Origin: Eledone cirrhosa
Taxonomy: Eukaryota
Direction: 5' to 3'
Length of the DNA: 64,000 nt
Assembly (NCBI GenBank): GCA_964016885.1
Contig: OZ024741.1
Location: 329,096,001 to 329,160,000 of the forward strand
Part shown: piece after piece, positions 25,503 through 38,608 of the stretch
Layout: each line of letters starts with the position of its first letter
Numbering within the stretch: the first letter of the stretch is position 1
Notes under the pieces: model-generated
Database searches by the model: none
What the model was told of the DNA's origin: nothing
What the model saw: the letters and a program-made list of their open reading frames with translations, nothing else
Program-made: the position numbers and the translations under genes

Positions 25503-26335
25503 CAGTTAAGGAGAGGGATGTACTGTCAACACTTCCTTTATGTATAGTTATAGCTGCACGTATCTAACAAACTGAAGAAGAATTCTCCTCTGGCTTTTAA
25601 ATAGGACGTAAAATCCTATCAAATCTTAGCTATGCAGACAATCTTGCCATCATGGGTTACTCTAGAACTGATCTGCAAGACTTTCTGAATGTACTGGCCA
25701 AACACTTGCTGGAGGCTGGCTTACACATCAACATCTCCATAATGTATGACAACTGATAAAAACAATGCCAATCTCCAACTCACAATCTTCAACCAGCAAA
25801 TTGCTCAAGTTACGGAGTTTGTATATCTCTCTAGGTTGGGCAGCTTTCAACAGGAACAAAGAAGTATTAACGTCAAACTGAGTTTCCTCTCATTTGAAGA
25901 TCTTTGATACTTACATCTTACCAGTTGTGTTATACGGTCTTCACTGTGTTAATTGGACGACAAAGTCACTTCAGAAGCGCTCTACATTCCAGAACACCAT
26001 CATGACACTTATAACTGGCAAGTGGCTCAGCGACCGTATCTGTATTAGTGAGCTGCTCAACATTACCAAACTTAGACCAATTACATTAATTGTCAAGTCA
26101 TGAGTACTCAAACTATACGGTCATATCAAAAGATCAACTCGTGGTGTGAGTAGGTTATGCCTGGAAGGAAGATTGGCTGGTAAGAGAAGCAGAGGCCGGC
26201 AGCCAAAACAGTGGCTTGATAATATCAACTTATGGACTAGACTTGATTTTTGCTCTTTAAACTCTGCTGCTGGTGATCGAACTTTGTGGAGAAAAATATC
26301 TCATGTTGATGCGCAGTCTGCAGCTGGCAGAGTTT
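25503..26335 (+). mobile_element. Degenerate RTE-like LINE 3' fragment
   Basis: NLSYADN (about 25622-25642), IFDTYILPVVLYG and LEGRLAGKRSRGRQPKQWLDNI, with many stops and frameshifts. Confidence 0.72.
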
Positions 26336-26786
26336 TGGGTCACAAGAAAACGCACTAGGTTCGATCTATTGTAGGCCTCGTGACTAAATCAGAAACCATT
26401 AATCTTTCATAAAAACAAGTTCTTCACTCAAACACTTTCCGTTCACAATTCCAAAATCTTATAGGTCTAAATAGACATACTCTTTTCTTTCCACTTTTTT
26501 TTCATTGCGTTCATAACGATGGACCACCGTTTAAAATGTCGACTTATTTTCCTTTCGCTTTCTCCTCGGCATCAAATACATTCTCTTTGCTCTTTGTTCA
26601 TTCGTTTTATGTTTTTGTTACTGCTGTTCTTATTGTTGGTGTCGTTTTATTATTCACATCACATCTATGCTGGATATTATTATCTTGTTTCTTAATGTAT
26701 TTTAATGCAGATATCATTAAAGAACTAACTAGAAATAATATACGAAATGAAGAAGGAACAATATTAGTCACACACACACACACACG

Positions 26787-26879
<93 letters not shown>

Positions 26880-26963
26880 GGTGGGGTGTTTAAACATGGC
26901 TCTTCTAGGTTAACTAATTGTAAATATTCGATATGAAAGGATGAAAGACAAACGAGTGGGAGA

Positions 26964-27049
<86 letters not shown>

Positions 27050-27189
27050 GAGAGATGGAGAGGGAAAGAGAGAGAAAGACAGGTAGACGTGGAAAGAATA
27101 TTGCAAATCCTTTCATGTGAGGTTATAACGATTCTACTAATCCGCTGCTTGTAGGCTGAATGTGTATTTCCATTTGAAGAAATATTCTT

Positions 27190-27610
27190 TGCTTAGTGGT
27201 TCCTCTATTCCGTTCATGATCTTAAGATCTTAAGTTCGATATCCGACAGTGGCGCTATGTTGATCTTGAGCAAAACAGTTTATTGCATATCATGTTGCTC
27301 CAGTCCACTTAGTTGAGTTACACATGTAATTCAAAGGAGCCAATGTTGTCATAAACTGTTTCACTTTATTCCATGCTGCTCCAATCAAATGTATCGGGTT
27401 GTAATTGCAATTCAAAGGAGCCAATATTATCACACTTACCTGTGTCTCATTTTATTCCATGTTGCTCCAATCAACTTAATTAAGCTGTACCTGTAATTCA
27501 ATGGGGTTATCACATTAACATTGTCACGCTAAAATTCCTTGATGTTATTTCAAGATTGGAAGCTACGTGAGTCCAGAAACAAATGACAAGTTACTGTAGA
27601 TTGTCTGAAA
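27190..27610 (+). mobile_element. Second SINE family (tRNA-like head, CTTGAGCAARAC central motif) with internal triplication
   Basis: TAGTGGTT...AAGTTCGATATCC head, TCTTGAGCAAAACA; TGYTGCTCCARTC...GTAATT..CAAAGGAGCCAAT unit repeated about three times in 27293-27520. Confidence 0.5.
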
Positions 27611-27816
27611 TAGATTTACTCGCTCGTTGTTGCTGTTTCAATTATCTTCGTTGTAGATGAATTATTAATGGCAATAATGAAATTCACATTGCTAAAGTCA
27701 AACTTAATTTCTATTAACAAAATATATATATCTGTGGGTATAATTATATATATTTGGTTTATATATATATATCTGTGTGAGTGTGTAGTGTGTGAATATG
27801 TGTGTGTGTGTGTGTG

Positions 27817-27915
<99 letters not shown>

Positions 27916-28122
27916 GTGTGCGTGTGTGTGCGTGTGTGTGTGTGTGTGTACTGCATTGTTTGCTTCGTTGCTTTCCATTTAATGTTTGCATATAATATAT
28001 GTACATATATATATATATTTATATATATATAGTAATAATAATAAATTTGAAGACTAAAATCCAAATAGGGCTCGATAAGGATAAATATATATCAAATATA
28101 TAAGAACCGTCGAGCAAATATT

Positions 28123-28526
<404 letters not shown>

Positions 28527-28596
28527 CGATATATGAATATATATAAATATTATATGTATATATATATGCATATATGTATATGTAAATAGCGACAGG

Positions 28597-28677
<81 letters not shown>

Positions 28678-28731
28678 GTGAGGTTTTTTTACAAAATGAA
28701 AAATAACCGAAGTGTCCTACACGAGTGAAAG

Positions 28732-29976
28732 TATAAAGAAAAAAAGATGAAATCGAAAATGCAACTGGAGTCTTATTTTTTAAAAAATATATATATTTAT
28801 TTGGTTCCTTTACCGGTTTCGCAGTTCTTCTGCTTTTCAAAAGTAGAGTTGAGATGGAGGGTCTGTGGTTTTTCTCACATCTCGTTGCTCTTTGAATGTT
28901 ACTTGTTTTATATGGAAAAAAGTGGCTCGAAACGCCAGGTTTTTAGAGAAGTAATTTGATTGGTTGGTCAATAAGCATAATAAATTTCGCGCCAGTTCGC
29001 GTTACAAAGTTCTTCAAACAAGGGGAGGGGGGGGGGCTCAGGTTGTTTTTTTCATATATGAGTGTTTGAATTTCTTTTTACTTAAAAAAGGGGGCTCACG
29101 AAGGCTTTTTTTTATATAAATGTAATTTGATTGGTTATAAATGAAATTATGGCTGTCACGTGAACAAGTTCATTAAAAATCGCGCCCGTATTTGGAAATT
29201 TATTTTGTAGCCTTTTAGAGAATTTTATGACAAACAAAAGATAATGGTCAAGAGAAACGGGATGGGAGAATTGTTCTGGTTCAGTGAATATAGCAGGTTA
29301 TTTTTCATATATCAGTGAAGTTTGGTTGATTGATGTAGTCAGGTGAATAAGTATATCAGCTTTTGCGTAAGTTTGTTTGAATTTCTTTTTACTTTAAAAA
29401 AAGTGACTCACGAAGGCTTTTTTTTATAAATATAATTTGATTGGTTATAAATGAAATTATGACTGTCACGTGAGCAAGTTCATTAAATTTCGCGCACGTA
29501 TTTGGGAATTTATTTTGTAGCCTTTTAGAGAATTGTATGACAAACAAAAGATAATGGTCAAGAGAAATGGATGGGAGAATTGTTCTGGTTCAGTGAATAT
29601 GGTTGGGTCGCTGGGGTGTCAGAATTCAGATTTTCTATTGAAATAAAGAAAGTAAAGATATGTATGTTTATTTGTGTAATTGTGTGTGTGTGTGTGTATG
29701 TGTGTGTGTATAGTGAGATGATTGTATTAGTAGATATGGAGAAGGGAGTTATGTGTGTGTGTGTGTGTGTATATGGGTGTTATGTGTGTGTGTGTGTGTG
29801 GGAGTATGTTAAGATGGAGAGAATATATATATTTTGTGTGTGTGTATGTGTGTAGGAAAGTGATTCTATTAGTAGAAATGGAGGAGGGAGTTGTGTGTGG
29901 GGGGGTGTTATGTGTGTGTATGGGTGTTATGTGGGTGTGGGAGTATGGTTAACATGTTAAGATGAAGAGAATATAT

Positions 29977-30061
<85 letters not shown>

Positions 30062-30323
30062 AAGAAAATGATTCCGTTAGTAGGAATATTTTTGGATGAA
30101 CATATTTTCCTTACTTATTCGTATTTGTTCTGTTGTATTGTCAGCGCATATAAAACAAGTAACATTCAAAGACCAACCAGATGTGAGAAGAACCACAGAC
30201 CCTCCATCTCAACTCTACTTTTGAAAAGCAGAAGAACTGCGAAACCGGTAAAGGAACCAAATAAATATATATATTTTTTTTTAAAATAAGACTCCAGTTG
30301 CATTTTCGATTTCATCTTTTTTT

Positions 30324-30330
<7 letters not shown>
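28732..30330. repeat. Pair of about 183-bp inverted repeats (Penelope pLTR-like, degenerate hammerhead) bracketing a 1.2-kb segment
   Basis: 28732-28914 is the reverse complement of 30147-30330. The inner region has a ~230-bp direct duplication (29060-29290 and 29375-29600) and GT-rich repeats. Confidence 0.75.
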
Positions 30331-30379
<49 letters not shown>

Positions 30380-30730
30380 ATATTTATATAAATACATACA
30401 TAATACAGATGTCTGTGTGAGTGTGTTTGTGTGTGTATGTGCGTGAGGTGTGTGGAGGGTGTAATTACTTCGTATTTGAAGAATATATATAATTTCTAAA
30501 GCTGGCAGTGGTCCAATGAAACAGTTTGTCAAGGTAGAATCTGGTGAACAGGCTCAGCTACTGAACAATTCTTATTTTCATCCATGTTGGATTGATTGAT
30601 TAAATACAGTATGCAGCCTGACAGCATTTGAATTAAGAACGTAAAGGGATTTCCCCTGGCTCTCTCCAGTCTATCGGCTGCTAGTGCTATTATAAGAGCA
30701 GACAAATGATATTATATATGCATATTCCGC

Positions 30731-30785
<55 letters not shown>

Positions 30786-31091
30786 ATGTATATATTAAAG
30801 ATATATATATATATATACAATAGTACAGCATATTCGAAGTTCGATCAGCAGCTAAGCCAACGAATGCCTTCAGCAGTGCAGCCAAGCACTCGACAAGGTA
30901 TAGACCTCAGAGTAATAACATACAATTTAAAGGGCTTTGCAAATTGAAAATAGCGACCGCTAATTCAGCCGCGTGATCTGTAGCAACAAAAGAACTGACT
31001 CGTGAGAAAAGCATATGCACACACACATATACACACACATACACACACATACATATATACATATAAGAATATACATACATATATGCACATA

Positions 31092-31178
<87 letters not shown>

Positions 31179-31263
31179 CGGAAATCAACAAGGCAGACAG
31201 TACAGTAGAAAGAATATATACCTTAGTTAATATTGAGATATACATGTTTATGTGTGTTTTTTG

Positions 31264-31313
<50 letters not shown>

Positions 31314-31317
31314 CATA

Positions 31318-31704
31318 TATATTGTTATACTTGGAGAGGGTCATATTGTTGTAATAATATTGCCAGAAATAATAACAGAACACACTCACTGTTTGGGTGG
31401 TTTTCGCTTCTGTATCTTTTATATCTCCACAGTTAATTCATTTGGTCCTCAATGTTTACCATTGACTGACCACCGCTCAAAAACACGGATATAATATAGA
31501 TATAAACACATATATATATAGTCTAACAAAGTTCTTTCGTTGCGCATCTGCAACATCATGAGTGGAACTCACAGGTAGTGAATGAATTAACTGTGGCGAT
31601 ATAAAATATATAGAAGCAAAAACCAAGCAAACAGTGAGTGTGTTCTGTTATTATCTCTGGCAATATTATTACAACAATATGACCCTCCCCAAGTATAACA
31701 ATAT
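31318..31704. repeat. About 124-bp inverted repeat with a 140-bp spacer
   Basis: ATATTGTTATACTTGGAGAGGGTCATATTG...CACAGTTAATTCATT (31318-31442) against its reverse complement at 31581-31704. Confidence 0.8.
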
Positions 31705-32431
31705 TTGTTTCGACACACGATTTCATATAAAAAATCTCGCAAAACAAATATATATATATGTATGCATATATAATTATATATATATAGAGAGAGAGAGATA
31801 TGCAAGTTAACTTATATGTATATATATATATACATATAAGTTAACCTCCACGGGTTTGAACTCAGGACGTAAAGGGACGTAACTATGCTAGAAAACATGG
31901 CGTCCGACCTTCTACCGATACTGCCAATCCCAAGCCCTTTATATTATCTCATAATGTATTATTTTATATTTGTACTATATTATATAAGGTACTATATTCC
32001 ATCCAGCACGTGCGAAAAGCAGAATACTCACGCACAAAAGCACCAACACATGCAACAAATAAATTTCTTTATTGCATTATCTAATTATTTATGAATATAA
32101 TTAAGGAATAAATATTCATGATTTAAAATAAATGAAAATTATAATTATATACTTTTATATATATATATATTCAGTAATTTTGTTGATTAACGGTGGTGAC
32201 ATTATGATCACTCGAGGCTATAGCAGAGTGTATATATAATGTATAACATGATTGCAACTTCATCTTAAAATGAAACTTTGCTACATCATACATAATATAT
32301 ATATGTATATACATTTGTGTGTACGTGTGTGTGTGTGCATGTGTGTGTGCATGTGTGTGTGTGTATGTATTTGTGCTCGTTTGTGTGTTTTTGCGTCATT
32401 GTATGTGTATATGTATGTATGCATATGATTA

Positions 32432-32618
32432 TGGATTGGCAGTATCGGTAGAGGGTCGGACGCCATGCTTTGAAGCATAGAGTTACAGCCCTTGCCATTC
32501 TGAGTTCGAATCCCGCCGAGGTTAACTTTGTCTTTCATCCTTACGGGGTCTATAAAACAAAGTAGCAGTAATACACTGGGTAATTGCTGGCCTTGTGCCA
32601 AAAAGTAGAAACAATTAT
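32432..32618 (+). mobile_element. tRNA-derived SINE
   Basis: TTGGCAGTATCGGTAGAGGGTCGGACGCC...GAGTTCGAATCCCGCCGAGG...GCTGGCCTTGTGCCAAAAAGTAGAAACAATTAT. Confidence 0.82.
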
Positions 32619-32671
32619 GTCTATAAGTTCATATATGTACATAAATACAAGACTTTATATTATCTCATAAT

Positions 32672-32855
32672 TGTTTCTACTTTAGCACAAGGCCAGCAAA
32701 TAGCCAAGTGCATTACTGGTACTTTATTTTATCGACCTAGTAAGGATGGAAGGCAAAGTTAACCTCGACGGGATTTGAAGTCAGAACGTAAAGAGACGAA
32801 ACTATGCTAGAAAACATGGCGTCCGACCTTCTACCGATACTGCCAATCCCAAGCC
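32672..32855 (-). mobile_element. tRNA-derived SINE with 19-bp target-site duplication
   Basis: CTTTATATTATCTCATAAT at 32653-32671 and again at 32856-32874 flanks the reverse-oriented SINE. Confidence 0.85.
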
Positions 32856-33394
32856 CTTTATATTATCTCATAATGTATTATTTTATATTTATACTATATT
32901 ATATAAGGTACTATATTCCATCCAGCACGTGCGAAAAGCAGAATACTCACGCACAAAAACACCAACACATGCAACAAATAAATTTGTTTATTGCATTATC
33001 TAATTATTTATGAATATAATTAAGGAATAAATATTAATGATTTAAAATAAATGAAAATTATAATTTAAATAAAATTTAAAATTGAATTAAAATTAAATAT
33101 AAACAATCATAGATAGTGAGAAAGTGCAAGAAACACAGATAGATTGACAGTTACATAGATAGATAGATAGATAGATATATTTCTTTATTTACCATAAAGG
33201 CATAAAAAGAAGGGACAAATACAAAGGGGGAGTTTACATATAATCGAGTAAAAAGGGTGTAACATGAAAATAATCGAAAATAACCTCAAAAGGGAGGGGA
33301 CGTGATGGGGGTTGCACACACCCCCGAAAAAGTGTGCAATCCTTTGCCAGGGGAGCACATGGAGAAGGTGCTCCCCTCTCCTTTACTTCTTTAC

Positions 33395-36300
33395 CTACAG
33401 GATGGTATACAGAGAAGGCCCGCTTACACGAGCCATTCTCGCCACTATCACCCACCTTTCATAAAACTGCCTGTGGCCAAGCACCTCTCTCTCCATTCTT
33501 ATCCTTCTTCCGAAGTGATATCGGAAGAAGTAGACCAGACTATGGCCAGAGAGGAAGTTGCCTGACCTCAGACCTTTCAATCGTGTCCACCAAACAACCT
33601 CTTTCAACATGGCTATTACGCACAGAAAAACCGCCTTTGCTTCCTTTGTGAAGAGGGGAGGCGGTTTGATTGTCATCACGGACTCGGCGGTCAATTTAAT
33701 CGGCGCCACTCGCGACAGCAGTCGTTCGGCGTAGCGCCACAGATCAGCCACGCCCGGACATTGCACCAATGCATGCGCAAGGGTTTCTTCGTGACGCACG
33801 CATCTAGGGCAAATCTTTTTTGAGGGATCCCTGCCCGGGCTCCCGTGTCTGTAGAGCCTCTCTCGAACGGGTAGAGCCCCCGGTAGCACTGCCAGGCCAG
33901 TGACTTCTGGAAGTTGTCCATTGGTCCTGGGCCGAAAGTCCTACCGAACAGGCTGGCCAGTTCGTCTTCTTCCATGTCCAGCGACTCTCTAAGGGTGTCA
34001 TCGCCCCTGCTAGCCACCAGCCCTCTATAGAATGATGAGATGGATTCTCCACCGATGGCCTGGCCCGCTTGCCAGAGAGCCCTGAGTGCCTGAGCACACT
34101 CAGTGTGCCAGTCTCCCAGTTTTCCGGATCTTTCCTTGACCCAGGACTGTAGCTCGGTGAGCGAGACGAGTCTCGGAAAGGCTCGTTTCACGAACGGAGC
34201 CCACATCGGTTGACCAATGAGGAATACCTGTAGGTGCCGTAGCCTTAATGCGTGCCTACGCATCATCAACCACGGCATCCCCAGCCCTCCTTTCGAAGGT
34301 TGTTGGCAGCAGATGGATCTTCTCACCATAGGAGGACGCTTCTTCCAAAGAAATTGGAAGAGCATGCGTTCCATGCTGGTGAGTGTTTCCTTAGGGCAAG
34401 GCACGACAGTCAGGCGGTAGTAAGTGACGGACGCTATGTAAGTGTTCGCCACCTCCGCCCGGCCTTTTAGGGACAGCTTACACTTGGCCCATTTCTGGGT
34501 TAGTGCAAACACCTTGTTCGTAACCTCGTTCCAGTTCTTTTCCACCTGGAGGTCCGGTCCAAACCAGACCCCAAGCAACTTTACCGGGCCCTCCGTCCAG
34601 TGTCCGACGACACCGTCAGGAGGCATCGGTCTGCCTCTCCACGTTCCGAGTTGCAACCCGATGGATTTTTCCCGGTTCAGTTTCGCTCCTGACAACCTTT
34701 CGTACTCCTCCAGTAAGGTACCTATCGCCTCGATCTCCGAGTCGGTCGATACCATTACTGTTACGTCATCGGCGTAGGCCGACACCGCTTTGCTCAATCC
34801 TGGTTCCAGGGGGATACCCTGCAACAATTCCAACTTCCTCAGTAAAGGCTCGAGAGTCAATACGTACAGAAGGGAGGAGAGAGGGCACCCCTGTCGAATG
34901 GATCGTGTGATTTCGAACGGCTTCGAAATGTAGCCGTTCACCTTGATCCTAGAACAGATGTGGTTGCTATGTAAGGCAGTGATCCAGCCTCTGAAAACAG
35001 GACCGAACCCAGCCGCCGCTAGCACCGCATCCAGGTAACCATGGTCGACCCTATCGAAAGCCTTAGACTGATCCAAGTTGATTAGGGCCCCACCGAAGCC
35101 GGGTTTGTTGCCAACCCTCTCTATGATGTATCGCATGAGGTGGAGGTTATCGTGAATGGACCTGGATGGGATAGTACATGTCTGCGCATCTCCCACCAGG
35201 CCACCCACGACAAGCGCCAACCTCTTTGCTAACACCTTGGCCAAAATCTTTAACTCTGCGTTTAGTAGGGTTATGGGCCGAAAATTATTTATACTATCTC
35301 CCTTGTTCTCGTCCTTCCTCACCAGCGTGACTACGCCCTTGGCTACAGAACAAGGAATTCTCCCGTTCTGCTGCCAATTGCAGTAGACTGCTTCGAGGAG
35401 TTCGGAGAAGAAGACCGGCATTGCTAAATAAAGTTCGTAAGGTATACCATCGAGACCTGGAGATTTGCGTCTGCTGCATTGGCTCAGCGCATCTCCGATC
35501 TCATCAGCCGAGATTGGTCCCTCGCAGGACTCTGCCTCTTCGCTCGAGAGACGCGGCAGGCCGTCGAGGTATGGACCGAAATCCACGCCCCCGCCCGGAC
35601 CCTCGCCTCCCACGAACAATCGGGCAAAGTGCCTTTGAAAGGCCTCGCACATATGCTTAGGCTCCCGGATCACCCGTCCATCTTCGTCTTGCAACAACCG
35701 GATGGTGGATCGATTTCCACTCTTAGCTTCTGTCACGCGGGCCCAGCCAACGGCTTTGGCCCCCTCATTACCTAGAGCACGTATTTTACTTCGAATGACG
35801 CAGCCTTCGTGCTTTGCATCGAAAAACTGGTTCAAGGCCGTCCTCGATGCCAGCACTCTGGCCACATTTTCGCTCTTGATTGCCTCTTCTAATTTACCTG
35901 TTAATTCTTTCTCGTTTCTATTCCTATCGGCAGCTAACATCTTGCTATAACTTATTGATTCTGTTCTAATCTCTCTTTTGAGAGATGCCCACCATCGGTT
36001 GTTGACGATTGCACCCGTCAACCTCTCCTTAACTAATCTGTAAGTCTCTTTTGCCGGTAAAGACAAATTAAGTTTCCAGTAACCGGGACCCTGTTTATGT
36101 GTTTTCTCGAGATTGACTACGCAGGTCACTAATTTGTGATCCGTGTAGCCAACCGTGCGCATTTCTGGACAGCTTAATATGTCCCTATCCTTACTTCTAA
36201 CTAAGAATCTATCTAAGTACGATCTAGATTGACCACTGTGGTTTCTCCAAGTCCAGGTAGGCACAGTTGGAAAATCTAGTCGATATCTATCGACCAAGTT

Positions 36301-36820
36301 AAAACGGTCGAGTAACCCCTTGAGGGTGTTACACCCCCCCCCCTCTATTAGGACATGCTCCTGCATAGTCCCAACGTGCATCTAGGATGTCATTCCAATC
36401 CCCCGCTAGAAGCAGGGAACGCGACGTTCCCAGAAAAGTCTCCAAACGCTGGAAGAAGTCGGGCCGTTCAGCTCCGAAAGAGGAGTAGACGGCGACCAGT
36501 CTCAAGGCCGCACTTTCACTACTGCCAACGTCTAGCACCAACAAAACGACCCTCCGGGTCCGAGTGCACAACCTGTATGGCAAGACCCAGGTGTTTTTGC
36601 AGCAGTACGACAACCCCACCCCACCTCCAGGTTGACAGAGAGATGCATGCACCTCAAAGTCATCGAAGGTGGGGGCCAGCTGCCGCACGACGCTGATTCG
36701 AGTCTCACAGATAACCATTACATTTATACTACATGACCTGAGGTCATTTAGAAGCTTTGCTTGCTTCCAAGTTGAGCCCAGGCCACGTGCATTCAAACAT
36801 CCTACTCTTAACACATCCAT
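33395..36820 (-). pseudogene. ORF2 (APE endonuclease, reverse transcriptase, C-terminal CCHC) of Tx1-like LINE A
   Basis: GCLNARGL, ICETR, LLAGDWN, SYLDRFLV, TDHKLV, PGYWKLN, KSPGLDGIPYELY, NFRPITLLN, LDQSKAFDRV, RQGCPLS, AYADDVTV, GGLGMP, CPRC...ETLAHALVQC. An 896-aa segment is open; frameshifts near 36610, 36555, 36340 and 33880. Confidence 0.9.
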
Positions 36821-36853
36821 GTGGGCGGCAGAGCCAAAGGAGAGTGTAGAGAC

Positions 36854-38608
36854 CTACCTTTCCGCTTCCCGGGGTTCGGGTTGCACGACTTCCATGGGGT
36901 CGGGAGTGTTGGGTGAAGGGGTGTCTTGTGGTGGTGTGGGGTCGTCAGTGTGTGGTGGGGTTGGGGTGTTTGGAGTTGTGTTGGGGAGGGGAAGGGGAGG
37001 GGGAAAGCTTTTTAGTAGGACGCGGTTTATGGGTTTGACAGAGGGTGGTCCTACGTCCTCCTTAAAATCCTTTTTTAGTTTTTGGTAGAGGTTCATTGGG
37101 ATCTTTATTAATTTTAAATGTGGGTAGTTTTCTGAAGAAACAAAGTTTACACCTTCGGTTTGTACCGAAGGATTATTGTATATGAGTTCATTTAATTTAT
37201 TATTGTTTCTGTTGATGTAAGTATAGTGTAATGTCTTTTTTTCGGATGGTGTGAGTGTTTCGAAGAGGGGAGGGGCAGGTTTGGTTTTGTTTGTTGCTGG
37301 AGGGGTGTTTTCTGTTTTGTTGGATTGTGTTGAGATTTGGGTGGGGGTTGTTTGGCCTTGTGTGTTTTGCACATGTTTTCTTTTTTTCCTTTTAATCTGT
37401 CTGAAGGACTCCGTTTCTTCCTCCGAATTCGTTGGGTTATCTTCAGTGTTGGAGGGAAGAGGTATGTTTGCTGGTAATGTTTCCGTGTTGGTTTTCTTTG
37501 TGGGGGAGATGGATGTCACTATGTTAGACTGTGTTGTGTGTTGTGTCTGCGGTGGTTGTGTTGTTTTATTGAGTGAGAGGTTGGGTGGGCCTGTATTTTG
37601 TTTTGGGGTAATGTGTTGTGACTGTTTGTGTTGTGGTGGTGGTGTGGTTTTACTGAGGGACGGGTTGGATGGGACTGAGTTTTGTTGTTTGTTTATCTGT
37701 TGTGGTGGTGGTGGTGGTGGTGGAGCTGGTGTTAGTAGCAGGGTTTTCTTTTTGTTGAGTTGGGGACAAGCGGCCTTCAGGTGCCCTCTGCCTGCACAGA
37801 TATGGCAGGACGGCCTTCTCCCCTCCACGCTAATGTTTATATACCCGTGATCCTCTGATAGGATTCTGTCGGGTATTTGGGCGATGCGTTCAGGCTTCAT
37901 TTGCACTACCAGCTCTATACCTGTTCCACTGAACGCATTGCCTGTGGTTTTCCCAATGGAAATCACGTTGTCATTCACTGGATCGATGAAGCCAGCTATG
38001 AGCCAGCAGTAGTCCACATCTGGCATCATTGCATCCAGCCATATGCGTTGAGTTCTTTTACCCATATAAGATGGATAAAAGGTAAAATTTTTCGAACGAA
38101 TCGGTGACAAAGCACATTTTTTTGCCGCCGATTCGTTCTTCATGATAATTGCTAGGCTTCCATACAGTCTGTCTTTTCTTATGAAAGTGGTTTCATTAAG
38201 TACTTCTGTGAGTACTGTTTTGATATCTGCTTGAGAAGGCTGTTCAGGTTTTTTTGTACTGTTGTTGATGGTCCGAAACTTGACCGTTCGGCTTTCAATG
38301 TCTTTGGTGAATTCTTGAGGCATTTTTACCGATAAAATACCATTCTCTCCTTCACTTATGTATTGTTTGGCGTCTGTGATTCTTCGTGCCACATCTGAAA
38401 TATTTTCCGGTATATAAGTCAAAGATTTCTTTGTTTTCTGTGCAAATGAAATCTTGTCGTCTGCTTTGCTTTCTGTTATGGTGTTATTTTCAAATGTTAT
38501 TTTTGTGTTTGTTGTGTCTTTGTTTGTGTTATTAGTATTGTCATGCAATTTTTCAAATTTTTTTCTTTTCGTTGTTGGAATCCATGTCCAGATTTGTGTT
38601 TTCGTCAT
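36854..38608 (-). CDS. ORF1 (gag-like, zinc knuckle) of Tx1-like LINE A, 584 aa; N-terminus uncertain
   Basis: Uninterrupted ORF upstream of ORF2; ISVEGRRPSCHICAGRGHLKAACP knuckle; Pro/Thr/Gln low-complexity linker; homologous to LINE B ORF1. Confidence 0.78.
   Translation of the reverse strand: MTKTQIWTWIPTTKRKKFEKLHDNTNNTNKDTTNTKITFENNTITESKADDKISFAQKTKKSLTYIPENISDVARRITDAKQYISEGENGILSVKMPQEFTKDIESRTVKFRTINNSTKKPEQPSQADIKTVLTEVLNETTFIRKDRLYGSLAIIMKNESAAKKCALSPIRSKNFTFYPSYMGKRTQRIWLDAMMPDVDYCWLIAGFIDPVNDNVISIGKTTGNAFSGTGIELVVQMKPERIAQIPDRILSEDHGYINISVEGRRPSCHICAGRGHLKAACPQLNKKKTLLLTPAPPPPPPPQQINKQQNSVPSNPSLSKTTPPPQHKQSQHITPKQNTGPPNLSLNKTTQPPQTQHTTQSNIVTSISPTKKTNTETLPANIPLPSNTEDNPTNSEEETESFRQIKRKKRKHVQNTQGQTTPTQISTQSNKTENTPPATNKTKPAPPLFETLTPSEKKTLHYTYINRNNNKLNELIYNNPSVQTEGVNFVSSENYPHLKLIKIPMNLYQKLKKDFKEDVGPPSVKPINRVLLKSFPPPLPLPNTTPNTPTPPHTDDPTPPQDTPSPNTPDPMEVVQPEPREAER

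Larger units (their letters stand above)
31838..33064 (+). repeat. About 310-bp direct duplication (31838-32145 and 32757-33064), offset 919 bp
   Basis: Near-identical spurious ORFs 31885-32094 and 32804-33013; the unit is a SINE 5' half plus its unique flank. Confidence 0.85.

Noticed and set aside
31525-31570. Minus-strand CTCATGA TGTTGC...GCAAC GAAA, hammerhead-like
   Set aside because: The core has a mismatch and stems I and III cannot be closed.
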